Notes under the pieces: generated by a model | What the model was told of the DNA's origin: nothing | The model's input: only the letters and a program-made list of their open reading frames with translations | The model's database searches: none | Shown: positions 18,134-24,037 of the stretch, piece by piece | How the letters are laid out: the number at the start of each line of letters is the position of its first letter | Numbering within the stretch: the first letter of the stretch is position 1 | Translations under genes and position numbers: made by a program | Origin: a virus | Taxonomy: Duplodnaviria; Caudoviricetes | DNA: 30,422 nucleotides | IMG/VR virus record: IMGVR_UViG_3300032236_001020 | Span: 1 to 30,422 of that record | Reading direction: 5' to 3' (one strand)

Positions 18134-18337
18134 ATGTTAGCATACTGTGATTATATGGCGAAGGTTATCAACGACTCGCTGAAAAAAGACAGCCATGTGT
18201 ATGGTTCGTTTGTTGATAGTGTTGGCAAGGTTCAGTGGGATCTTGGAAAGAATGGCGAGTTCTTATCGACTCGTAAAGTTATGAATGTTGTTGATCGCAA
18301 TGGTAAGTCTTACCGAGTGATCGTGGAGGAAGTATGA
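18134..18337 (+). CDS. Hypothetical protein
   Basis: ATG 18134. Confidence 0.75.
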   Translation: MLAYCDYMAKVINDSLKKDSHVYGSFVDSVGKVQWDLGKNGEFLSTRKVMNVVDRNGKSYRVIVEEV

Positions 18338-18513
18338 GTGTAATGTCTGACTTGCATCTGCAAATTTGTGAGATGCTTGACGAAGGTTTGAAACCTATTA
18401 GCATCGCTGGCTTGTTGGGTATTCCACTAGAAATGGTGTACGATGTCGTTGATGCTGAAATGAACAACGAGTCGGATGTTGAAGAAATTAGTTATGATGA
18501 GGATTTGTTATGA
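18334..18513 (+). CDS. Small HTH-like protein, 59 aa (MSVMSDLHLQICEMLDEGLKPISIAGLLGIPLEMV)
   Basis: SD GGAGG; ATGA coupling at both ends. Confidence 0.65.
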   Translation: MSVMSDLHLQICEMLDEGLKPISIAGLLGIPLEMVYDVVDAEMNNESDVEEISYDEDLL

Positions 18514-18809
18514 ATAAATTTGTAAGGAATGGAATTGTGAACGATTCTAATCGGGAGATCTTGTTGATCACCCAAGAAGAATGCGCTGAGGTAACTCAGG
18601 CTATCAGTAAGATCTTTCGGTTCGGTATGGAATCTGAACACAGAGGTCAGTCGAATCGCGAACACCTTGAAGAAGAAATTGGTGACTTGATGTGTATGAT
18701 CGACCTGCTGATCGACAGTGGTATGGTTAGCGAGTCTGCGGTAATGACTGCAAAGAATGAGAAGTTGAATAAATTGATGACATGGTCTAACATTGGGAAA
18801 GTAGCATGA
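18510..18809 (+). CDS. MazG-like nucleoside triphosphate pyrophosphohydrolase
   Basis: QEECAEV...EEEIGDL acidic motif. Confidence 0.8.
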   Translation: MNKFVRNGIVNDSNREILLITQEECAEVTQAISKIFRFGMESEHRGQSNREHLEEEIGDLMCMIDLLIDSGMVSESAVMTAKNEKLNKLMTWSNIGKVA

Positions 18810-19051
18810 TTAAAGGTTTGATTAACAATCAGTGGGATCGTGACAATCTCGAGTTTCTTTTGAACACCAAGGGAGACGAATTCCACGACTTCTGGCAACA
18901 GTCAGACGAAGACGATCGAGTCTATGCGCAGGAGTTGCTTGATGCATATTCCCGTGAGTTGAAGTTGAAAGCAGAGTTGCTTGAGATTGAAGCAAAGCTG
19001 GGTAGTTATGATGAAGCCAAAAACATTCTTGGAAAGGTAATGGCAAAATGA
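18806..19051 (+). CDS. Hypothetical protein
   Basis: ATGA coupling. Confidence 0.75.
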   Translation: MIKGLINNQWDRDNLEFLLNTKGDEFHDFWQQSDEDDRVYAQELLDAYSRELKLKAELLEIEAKLGSYDEAKNILGKVMAK

Positions 19052-19221
19052 TGGAATTGCAATATGACATTTCAGAGTACTATAGTTACCTTGATAGGTT
19101 GCGTGAGTCTGGTGTAACGAACATGTTCGGTGCAGCACCTTACCTGCAACAAGAGTTTGGTTTGGATAAACGAACAGCCCGAGAGATCTTAACAAGTTGG
19201 ATGGAGAATTTCCGTGGATGA
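19048..19221 (+). CDS. Hypothetical protein (LRESGVTNMFGAAPYL), 57 aa
   Basis: Hand translation; ATGA coupling. Confidence 0.7.
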   Translation: MMELQYDISEYYSYLDRLRESGVTNMFGAAPYLQQEFGLDKRTAREILTSWMENFRG

Positions 19222-19432
19222 TGAAAAATTGATGGAGTTGTCGGTTACAATCGATAATACACTGCTTGCCCTTTGTGACAAGTATAAAACAAATGCATTA
19301 ACAATGAGTGCTGTTGTTATGGCTCGAATGATGTTGCTTTGCGATTCAGTTGGCTCTAGTGATGACATGCGTAAACTGTGCCACGAAGTATCTGGCGCAC
19401 CGATGCCAAAACCTATGGAGCAATTTCATTGA
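19214..19432 (+). CDS. Hypothetical protein
   Basis: GTG start, SD GGAG. Confidence 0.7.
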   Translation: MDDEKLMELSVTIDNTLLALCDKYKTNALTMSAVVMARMMLLCDSVGSSDDMRKLCHEVSGAPMPKPMEQFH

Positions 19433-19863
19433 AACAGAAGTGGATTGATGCATTTATGGATACAGCTGAGAGGTTTGCTCAGTTGTCTTCAGCGAAACGA
19501 TTGAGGGTTGGTGCGGTAGTCGTAAAGGACAATCGTATCATCTCAATTGGATACAATGGTATGCCAGCAGGATGGACTAACGAATGTGAACATGTTATCC
19601 AGCTGTCAGACGATACAGTTGAATTGAAAACGAAAGATGAGGTAATACATGCTGAAGCGAATGCTATACTTAAGTTGGCTCGTGATGGGGAGAGCGGAAA
19701 TGGCAGTAGTCTATTTTGCACTCATGCTCCTTGCGTTCAGTGCGCCAAACTTATCTATGGTGCTGGAATCAACAGCATGTACTATCGTGAGTCCTATCGT
19801 GACAATGACGGAATTGAGTTTTTGCAGAAATGCGAAATAAATGTTCAGAAAGTTGCAAAATAG
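19429..19863 (+). CDS. dCMP deaminase
   Basis: VGAVVV, GYNG, HAEANA, PCVQC; TTG start after GGAG. Confidence 0.92.
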   Translation: MKQKWIDAFMDTAERFAQLSSAKRLRVGAVVVKDNRIISIGYNGMPAGWTNECEHVIQLSDDTVELKTKDEVIHAEANAILKLARDGESGNGSSLFCTHAPCVQCAKLIYGAGINSMYYRESYRDNDGIEFLQKCEINVQKVAK

Positions 19864-19864
19864 T

Positions 19865-19904
19865 TTGCCTTTTAATCAAAAGTGTGGTAGAATAATACTA
19901 AATA
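19865..19904 (+). promoter_or_regulatory. Tandem early (TTGCCT-N17-TAGAAT, 19865-19893) and late-type (ACTAAATA, 19897-19904) promoters of the tRNA-array leader
   Basis: Motif match; 5' hairpin GATACGAAC/GTTCGTGTC at 19907-19930. Confidence 0.7.
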
Positions 19905-19954
19905 GAGATACGAACCAAAGTGTTCGTGTCCAAAATCAAAGGAAGAAATTTCAA

Positions 19955-20077
19955 ATGTTACAGTTGTGTATATCCAGAACGATGCAAAAGCATTTACCAC
20001 TCTCAAGTGGCTGGTCAAACACACGCCCATCATTTGGATATGCGATTGAGAATGATACTGGGGGTTTTGGAAAGTAA
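19955..20077 (+). CDS. Putative attenuator leader peptide, 40 aa (MLQLCISRTMQKHLPLSSGWSNTRPSFGYAIENDTGGFGK)
   Basis: SD AAAGGA; 32 distinct codons; last codons overlap the antiterminator strand. Confidence 0.65.
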   Translation: MLQLCISRTMQKHLPLSSGWSNTRPSFGYAIENDTGGFGK

Positions 20078-20137
20078 AGTATAGACTACATAGTTTATTT
20101 CCCAAAACCCTCTACCTGAAAAGTTAGAGGGTTTTTT
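20060..20137 (+). terminator. Antiterminator/terminator pair upstream of the tRNA array
   Basis: GGGGGTTTTGG (20060-20070) pairs with CCAAAACCCTC (20102-20112); terminator CCCTCTA/TAGAGGG + T6 (20108-20137). Confidence 0.8.
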
Positions 20138-20147
20138 GTTTTAGGGC

Positions 20148-20196
20148 TTGCCTTAAATTCGGATTGAAGGTAGAATTCAATCCTGTTCTTTAAAAA
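20148..20196 (+). promoter_or_regulatory. Sigma70-like promoter (20148-20176), overlapping hairpin (20161-20183) and boxA-like motif (20184-20196)
   Basis: TTGCCT-N17-TAGAAT; GGATTGAA/TTCAATCC; TGTTCTTTAAAAA. Confidence 0.65.
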
Positions 20197-20212
20197 TTTG
20201 AGTAGTTTCTGT

Positions 20213-20286
20213 TCGGGAATGGTGTAATGGTAACACAACACACTTTGACTGTGTCGTTCTAGGTTCGAGTCCTAGTTCCCGTGCCA
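20213..20286 (+). tRNA. tRNA-Gln(TTG)
   Basis: Cloverleaf, loop CT-TTG-AC, GGTTCGA, CCA. Confidence 0.92.
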
Positions 20287-20502
20287 AACTAAAATACATT
20301 GGGTAGCCAATTCCAGTAGGCACTCTAGGAGTTTAGATCATTCGACGGAATGGTGCTCGCTAGTTTGCACGAAACCTTGAGATCATATCAGGAGGACGCT
20401 GGGTAAAGTTGGATCGTAATGTGTTTGATGACCAATCGCTAGACGATAGCGTGGTTAACCCTGAGTGGGTGTCGTCAATCGTCCCAATGTATTTTAGTTT
20501 GG
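20284..20502 (+). ncRNA. Candidate structured ncRNA A (~220 nt) closed by a perfect 20-bp inverted repeat
   Basis: CCAAACTAAAATACATTGGG (20284-20303) / CCCAATGTATTTTAGTTTGG (20483-20502). Confidence 0.65.
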
Positions 20503-20507
20503 TATAT

Positions 20508-20583
20508 GCTCGGTTCGTCTATCGGCTAGGACACTGCCCTTTCACGGCAGGAAGGAGGGGTTCGATTCCCCCACCGAGTACCA
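20508..20583 (+). tRNA. tRNA-Glu(TTC)
   Basis: Cloverleaf, CT-TTC-AC, CCA. Confidence 0.93.
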
Positions 20584-20591
20584 GAATTTTT

Positions 20592-20665
20592 GGGAGTAAA
20601 ACTTTAAAGTGAAGTAACTGGCTTTTAACCAGTAAAACTAGGAGCATTACCTAGTACTCCTACCA
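20592..20665 (+). tRNA. tRNA-Lys(TTT), non-canonical T-loop
   Basis: ACTGG CT-TTT-AA CCAGT; T-loop AGCATTA; CCA. Confidence 0.8.
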
Positions 20666-20671
20666 AACAAT

Positions 20672-20747
20672 GGTGTCTTTAGTGTAGAGGTTCGCACCCG
20701 ACTCTGTGAAAGTCGTAGTATGGGATCGTTCCCCATAAGACACCCCA
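20672..20747 (+). tRNA. tRNA-His(GTG)
   Basis: 8-bp acceptor stem with G-1:C73; CT-GTG-AA. Confidence 0.9.
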
Positions 20748-20749
20748 AT

Positions 20750-20824
20750 GGTAACATAGCACAATGGCAGTGCACTTCCTTCATACGGAATAGGTTGCTG
20801 GTTCAAGTCCAGCTGTTACCACCA
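20750..20824 (+). tRNA. tRNA with CAT anticodon (elongator Met or Ile2)
   Basis: TT-CAT-AC loop; CCA. Confidence 0.85.
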
Positions 20825-20834
20825 AGAGTTAAAT

Positions 20835-20923
20835 GGAAGTGTGTGCTGAATTGGTTGAAGGCAACGGACTGTAAATCCGCCACATAAGAAACGCTGTAGG
20901 TTCGAATCCTACCACTTCCACCA
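20835..20923 (+). tRNA. tRNA-Tyr(GTA)
   Basis: CT-GTA-AA; long variable region; CCA. Confidence 0.92.
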
Positions 20924-20928
20924 GATAT

Positions 20929-21004
20929 GTCGCTTTAGCAAATGTGGTCATTGCAGCAGTTTGAAGCACTGATGAACAAGGTTCGATCCCTTGAGGCGAC
21001 ACCA
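20929..21004 (+). tRNA. tRNA-Phe(GAA)
   Basis: TT-GAA-GC loop; CCA. Confidence 0.87.
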
Positions 21005-21009
21005 AATAT

Positions 21010-21085
21010 GCCCGATTAGTAAAATGGATTATTACGCTGTGCTACGAACGCAGAGGTAGAGGTTCGATTCCTTTATTGGGTGCCA
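21010..21085 (+). tRNA. tRNA-Arg(ACG)
   Basis: CT-ACG-AA; CCA. Confidence 0.9.
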
Positions 21086-21091
21086 GATTAT

Positions 21092-21166
21092 AGCCAATTA
21101 GCTCAGTGGTAGAGCATCGTCTTGATAAGGCGAGGGTCGATGGATCGTTCCCATCATTGGCTACCA
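21092..21166 (+). tRNA. tRNA-Ile(GAT)
   Basis: TT-GAT-AA; CCA. Confidence 0.9.
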
Positions 21167-21172
21167 GATTAT

Positions 21173-21250
21173 GCCCATGTGGACAAATTGGTAAAGTCGC
21201 TTCTCTCAAAAGGAAAAGGTATCTCTGTTCGAATCAGAGCATGGGCACCA
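21173..21250 (+). tRNA. tRNA-Leu(CAA), short variable region
   Basis: CT-CAA-AA; CCA. Confidence 0.87.
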
Positions 21251-21254
21251 ATAT

Positions 21255-21331
21255 GCGGATGTGATGGAATTGGTATACATGTTAGTCTTAGAAACTAAAT
21301 CCTGCGAGTTCGAGTCTCGCCATCCGTACCA
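21255..21331 (+). tRNA. tRNA-Leu(TAG), short variable region
   Basis: CT-TAG-AA; CCA. Confidence 0.9.
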
Positions 21332-21332
21332 T

Positions 21333-21407
21333 ACTCGGTTAGCTCAGCGGTAGAGCAGTGCCCTTACAAGGCGAAGGTCGTAGGTTCAATCCCTACACCG
21401 AGTACCA
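21333..21407 (+). tRNA. tRNA-Val(TAC)
   Basis: CT-TAC-AA; CCA. Confidence 0.92.
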
Positions 21408-21408
21408 G

Positions 21409-21437
21409 TTGTCTTATAAGAATAAGTATAGTATAAT
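21409..21437 (+). promoter_or_regulatory. Internal sigma70-like promoter in the tRNA array
   Basis: TTGTCT-N17-TATAAT. Confidence 0.75.
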
Positions 21438-21446
21438 AGTTTTTGT

Positions 21447-21521
21447 GCAGGATTAATTCAGTGGTAGAATGTCTCGTTGCCAACGAGAATGTCATCGGTT
21501 CGAACCCGATATCCTGCTCCA
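21447..21521 (+). tRNA. tRNA-Gly(GCC)
   Basis: TT-GCC-AA; U73; CCA. Confidence 0.93.
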
Positions 21522-21527
21522 AGTTAT

Positions 21528-21603
21528 GCAGCATTAGCTCAATCGGGAGAGCACAGCACTGTCACTGCTGAGGTAAGGGGATCGAAACCCCTATGCTGCG
21601 CCA
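21528..21603 (+). tRNA. tRNA-Asp(GTC)
   Basis: CT-GTC-AC; G73; CCA. Confidence 0.92.
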
Positions 21604-21607
21604 AGTT

Positions 21608-21681
21608 TTGTGGTAAGGAAAGTAAAAGGAGCATGGGCAAGTCATTTGCTAGAGAATGACCAGATACCGCACCTGCCACAA
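21608..21681 (+). ncRNA. Candidate tRNA-sized structured RNA, not a cloverleaf
   Basis: Closing stem TTGTGGTA/TGCCACAA; inner hairpin GTCATT/AATGAC. Confidence 0.4.
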
Positions 21682-21692
21682 TTTTAGTTTAT

Positions 21693-21768
21693 TCCGAAGT
21701 AGCACAGAGGTAGTTGCACCTGACTGTTAATCAGGGTGTCGTAGGTTCGATCCCTACCTTCGGAGCCA
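21693..21768 (+). tRNA. tRNA-Asn(GTT)
   Basis: CT-GTT-AA; CCA. Confidence 0.93.
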
Positions 21769-21777
21769 TAGTTTTAT

Positions 21778-21854
<77 letters not shown>

Positions 21855-21860
21855 AGTTTC

Positions 21861-21948
21861 GGACGATATAGTATAACACGACGATATCTAAATGTTATGC
21901 GAATGTGAAATGAGTAGGGCACTGATCCTGACCTGCTATCGTCCACCA
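21861..21948 (+). ncRNA. tRNA-like RNA with acceptor stem and ACCA end but no canonical anticodon or T loop
   Basis: GGACGATA/TATCGTCC-ACCA; GTAGG/CCTGC stem in T-arm position. Confidence 0.55.
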
Positions 21949-21953
21949 TTTTT

Positions 21954-22028
21954 GGGTTGTTAGTTTAGTTGGGAAAACACTTGCCTTGCACGCAGGAGTG
22001 GGGAGTTCGAATCTCCCACGATCCACCA
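21954..22028 (+). tRNA. tRNA-Ala(TGC)
   Basis: G3:U70 identity pair; CT-TGC-AC; CCA. Confidence 0.92.
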
Positions 22029-22033
22029 AATTT

Positions 22034-22107
22034 GCTCTTTTAGTATATTGGTATTATGTCGGTTTTGTAGTCCGAAGAAGGTAGTTCAATTCTATCAAGG
22101 AGCACCA
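22034..22107 (+). tRNA. tRNA-Thr(TGT)
   Basis: TT-TGT-AG; CCA. Confidence 0.85.
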
Positions 22108-22113
22108 AGTTAT

Positions 22114-22188
22114 ATCTCAGTAGTGTTAACGGCAGCACGACAGTCTCCAAAACTGTGAGTCGGGGTTCAAATCCCTGCTGGGATGCCA
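22114..22188 (+). tRNA. tRNA-Trp(CCA)
   Basis: CT-CCA-AA; CCA. Confidence 0.92.
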
Positions 22189-22194
22189 AGTTAT

Positions 22195-22284
22195 GGAAGT
22201 GTGGCAGAGTCTGGTTTATTGCACCTGTCTTGAAAACAGACGAGTAGAAATGCTCCGTGAGTTCGAATCTCACCGCTTCCGCCA
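22195..22284 (+). tRNA. tRNA-Ser(TGA)
   Basis: CT-TGA-AA; long variable arm; CCA. Confidence 0.93.
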
Positions 22285-22302
22285 ATTAACGAAAGGGTTG
22301 TT

Positions 22303-22470
22303 ATGTCACAGAAAGATACGATAGAAAAAGCGTATGGTAATATACCAAAAGAGATCAGCAACCCATTCACTATTTTTGATTGGCTTCCTGAGTTCAGAGG
22401 TATACGATACTACATCGCAAAGATTAGGAGAGTGGGCAGGATGGTAATGCAGCGGATTGCTAATCCGTAG
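22303..22470 (+). CDS. Small ORF (55 aa) running into tRNA-Ser(GCT)
   Basis: GAAAGGG upstream; MSQKDTIEKAYGNIPKEI... Confidence 0.5.
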   Translation: MSQKDTIEKAYGNIPKEISNPFTIFDWLPEFRGIRYYIAKIRRVGRMVMQRIANP

Positions 22471-22516
22471 ATTCAGGAAACTGGATCACAGGGTTCGACT
22501 CCCTGATTCTCCGCCA
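22427..22516 (+). tRNA. tRNA-Ser(GCT)
   Basis: TT-GCT-AA; long variable arm; CCA. Confidence 0.93.
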
Positions 22517-22658
22517 ATTTGTCAACAACAAATTCAGGTTTCTGTTTTTTAGGAAATTGTAATTTGAATTCTTTTATACAGCTATAACTTCCACGAGAGA
22601 CATATTGCCCTCGTGTCGAGTCGAAAAGTACTTGAATGGCTTCTTCTGCTGTAATCAT
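22473..22658 (-). CDS. Possible antisense small gene (61 aa, MITAEEAIQVLFDSTRG...)
   Basis: Fills a non-tRNA gap; minus-strand CATAAATA at 22664-22671 just upstream of the ATG. Confidence 0.4.
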   Translation of the reverse strand: MITAEEAIQVLFDSTRGQYVSRGSYSCIKEFKLQFPKKQKPEFVVDKLAENQGVEPCDPVS

Positions 22659-22670
22659 TAAAATATTTAT

Positions 22671-22745
22671 GTCCCCATCGTATAATGGATAATACAATTC
22701 TCTTCTAAAGAATGAATGTGGGTTCAATTCCTGCTGGGGATACCA
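22671..22745 (+). tRNA. tRNA-Arg(TCT)
   Basis: CT-TCT-AA; CCA. Confidence 0.92.
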
Positions 22746-22748
22746 AAT

Positions 22749-22825
22749 GCGGATGTGATGGAATTGGTATACATATCAGACTTAAAATCTGAGTTCTGAG
22801 GGTTCGAGTCCCTCCATCCGTACCA
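22749..22825 (+). tRNA. tRNA-Leu(TAA), short variable region
   Basis: CT-TAA-AA; first 26 nt identical to Leu(TAG). Confidence 0.92.
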
Positions 22826-22827
22826 AT

Positions 22828-22902
22828 GGGCTTATAGCATAAAGGTAGTGCCGTCAACTCATAATTGATAAGGAGATGGTTCGAATCCATCTGAGCCCAC
22901 CA
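22828..22902 (+). tRNA. tRNA with CAT anticodon (Ile2 or elongator Met)
   Basis: CT-CAT-AA; CCA. Confidence 0.88.
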
Positions 22903-22938
22903 ATGTTAAATAGGAGATATCTTTAAAAGGAGAATGAG

Positions 22939-23493
22939 ATGAATGTCCTAGCACTAGATTCTTCAGGTCTACCAAGAGCATGGGTAAACTTTGAAGACGC
23001 AATCTGCTATCATGCCAAAGATCAAGTTGTTTGGTCATTGGGAGATACCATTGCCACATTCCGTGGTGGTATACAGAAAGATGGCACACAATCAGTGTTG
23101 GAGACAAAGTCCATTATTGCTGTTCGTGGTAATGTAACACTGGAAAAGATTGGTAGAGTTACACTAACAAACAGAACATTATTCGGTAGAGACAGACATA
23201 TGTGTGCTTACTGCGGAGATGTTCATGGCAATGCTTCATTATCCAGAGATCATATCCATCCTGTATCAAAAGGTGGACAAAACATTTGGACCAATGTTGT
23301 TACTTGCTGCTTAAAGTGTAACGCAAAGAAAGGCAGCAAGACTCTTGAAAAGGCAAATATGGAATTGTTATATATCCCATACGAACCAAATCACTACGAG
23401 AATATGATTCTGTTGAACAGAAATATTCTTGCAGATCAAATGGAGTATTTGCTTGCTGGTGTTCCAAAGAACAGCAGAGTAAGATTAATGTAG
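22939..23493 (+). CDS. HNH endonuclease
   Basis: CAYCG, DHIHPVSKGG, NVVTCCLKCNAKKG. Confidence 0.92.
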   Translation: MNVLALDSSGLPRAWVNFEDAICYHAKDQVVWSLGDTIATFRGGIQKDGTQSVLETKSIIAVRGNVTLEKIGRVTLTNRTLFGRDRHMCAYCGDVHGNASLSRDHIHPVSKGGQNIWTNVVTCCLKCNAKKGSKTLEKANMELLYIPYEPNHYENMILLNRNILADQMEYLLAGVPKNSRVRLM

Positions 23494-23564
23494 GTGTGAC
23501 TGAATGGTAAGGTAGCGGTTTGCAAGTCCGATGTTCACAGGTTCGATTCCTGTCACCTACTCCA
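23490..23564 (+). tRNA. tRNA-Cys(GCA)
   Basis: TT-GCA-AG; U73; CCA; overlaps HNH stop. Confidence 0.88.
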
Positions 23565-23566
23565 AT

Positions 23567-23595
23567 TTGCCTTGCAAGTTTTTATTGGGTATAAT
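23567..23595 (+). promoter_or_regulatory. Sigma70-like promoter directly upstream of ncRNA B
   Basis: TTGCCT-N17-TATAAT. Confidence 0.8.
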
Positions 23596-23599
23596 TACT

Positions 23600-23798
23600 A
23601 TATTGTTTATCGTTGAGGGTGTGAGCAAAAGAAAAGGGAATCCCAACTGTTAGGGAAGATAATCGCCAGTCAAAACAGCGTCCATTATTCGGAGAGAATC
23701 TAGACTCCCAATCTAGATTGAAATGCTTGAAGATCTGGTGGCAGGAATTTAAAGCTGCCAACAAAACACATAACAGTACTCTCAACGATAAACAATAT
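23600..23798 (+). ncRNA. Candidate structured ncRNA B (~200 nt) closed by a 21-bp stem
   Basis: ATATTGTTTATCGTTGAGGGT / ACTCTCAACGATAAACAATAT (one G-U); inner hairpins AATCTAGA/TCTAGATT and TGGCAG/CTGCCA. Confidence 0.7.
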
Positions 23799-23872
23799 GC
23801 GGGATTAGTTTAATGGTAAAACTAGAGATTTCCAATCTTTCGTCATCAGTTCGATTCTGATATCCCGCTCCA
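23799..23872 (+). tRNA. tRNA-Gly(TCC)
   Basis: TT-TCC-AA; U73; CCA. Confidence 0.92.
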
Positions 23873-24020
23873 TTAGTTTAGTGTTATCAAGGTATCGTCA
23901 TAGGACGCTATGACTATGCGGGTCCAACTGTGCGAGGAACGGATCCTGATATAACTGCTATTCGCTTGTCAGTGCTAGCTACATTCTTGACAAATGGGCA
24001 CGATAGCACTAAACTAATGG
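23870..24020 (+). ncRNA. Candidate structured ncRNA C (~150 nt) closed by a 19-bp stem
   Basis: CCATTAGTTTAGTGTTATC / GATAGCACTAAACTAATGG (one G-U); inner stems GTCATAG/CTATGAC, GGGTCC/GGATCC, TTGTCA/TGACAA. Confidence 0.7.
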
Positions 24021-24021
24021 A

Positions 24022-24029
24022 ACTAAATA
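24022..24029 (+). promoter_or_regulatory. Candidate late promoter ACTAAATA
   Basis: Same octamer as at 19897. Confidence 0.45.
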
Positions 24030-24037
24030 CATTACCT

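Noticed and set aside
194-19721. Numerous minus-strand and alternate-frame ORFs in the track
   Set aside because: They shadow well-supported + strand genes and lack SD sites or motifs
19841-19954. Long 78-aa version of the leader ORF
   Set aside because: Its start lies inside the deaminase gene upstream of the promoters; the SD supports ATG 19955
21861-21948. Amber suppressor tRNA (CTA within TATCTAAAT) and stop-codon recoding
   Set aside because: No 5-bp stem with 7-nt loop centres CTA; genes are intact in the standard code and some end in TAG
22903-23493. Group I intron carrying the HNH gene
   Set aside because: Flanking tRNAs are complete and there is no room for an intron core around the ORF
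23600-23798. 6S RNA or tmRNA identity for ncRNA B
   Set aside because: Interior looks multibranched rather than rod-like; no tRNA-Ala-like ends or tag ORF
23884-24006. SAM-I riboswitch (TTATCAAG...GATAG resemblance)
   Set aside because: Core GCAACC and kink-turn/pseudoknot elements not found; no regulated metabolic gene or expression platform follows
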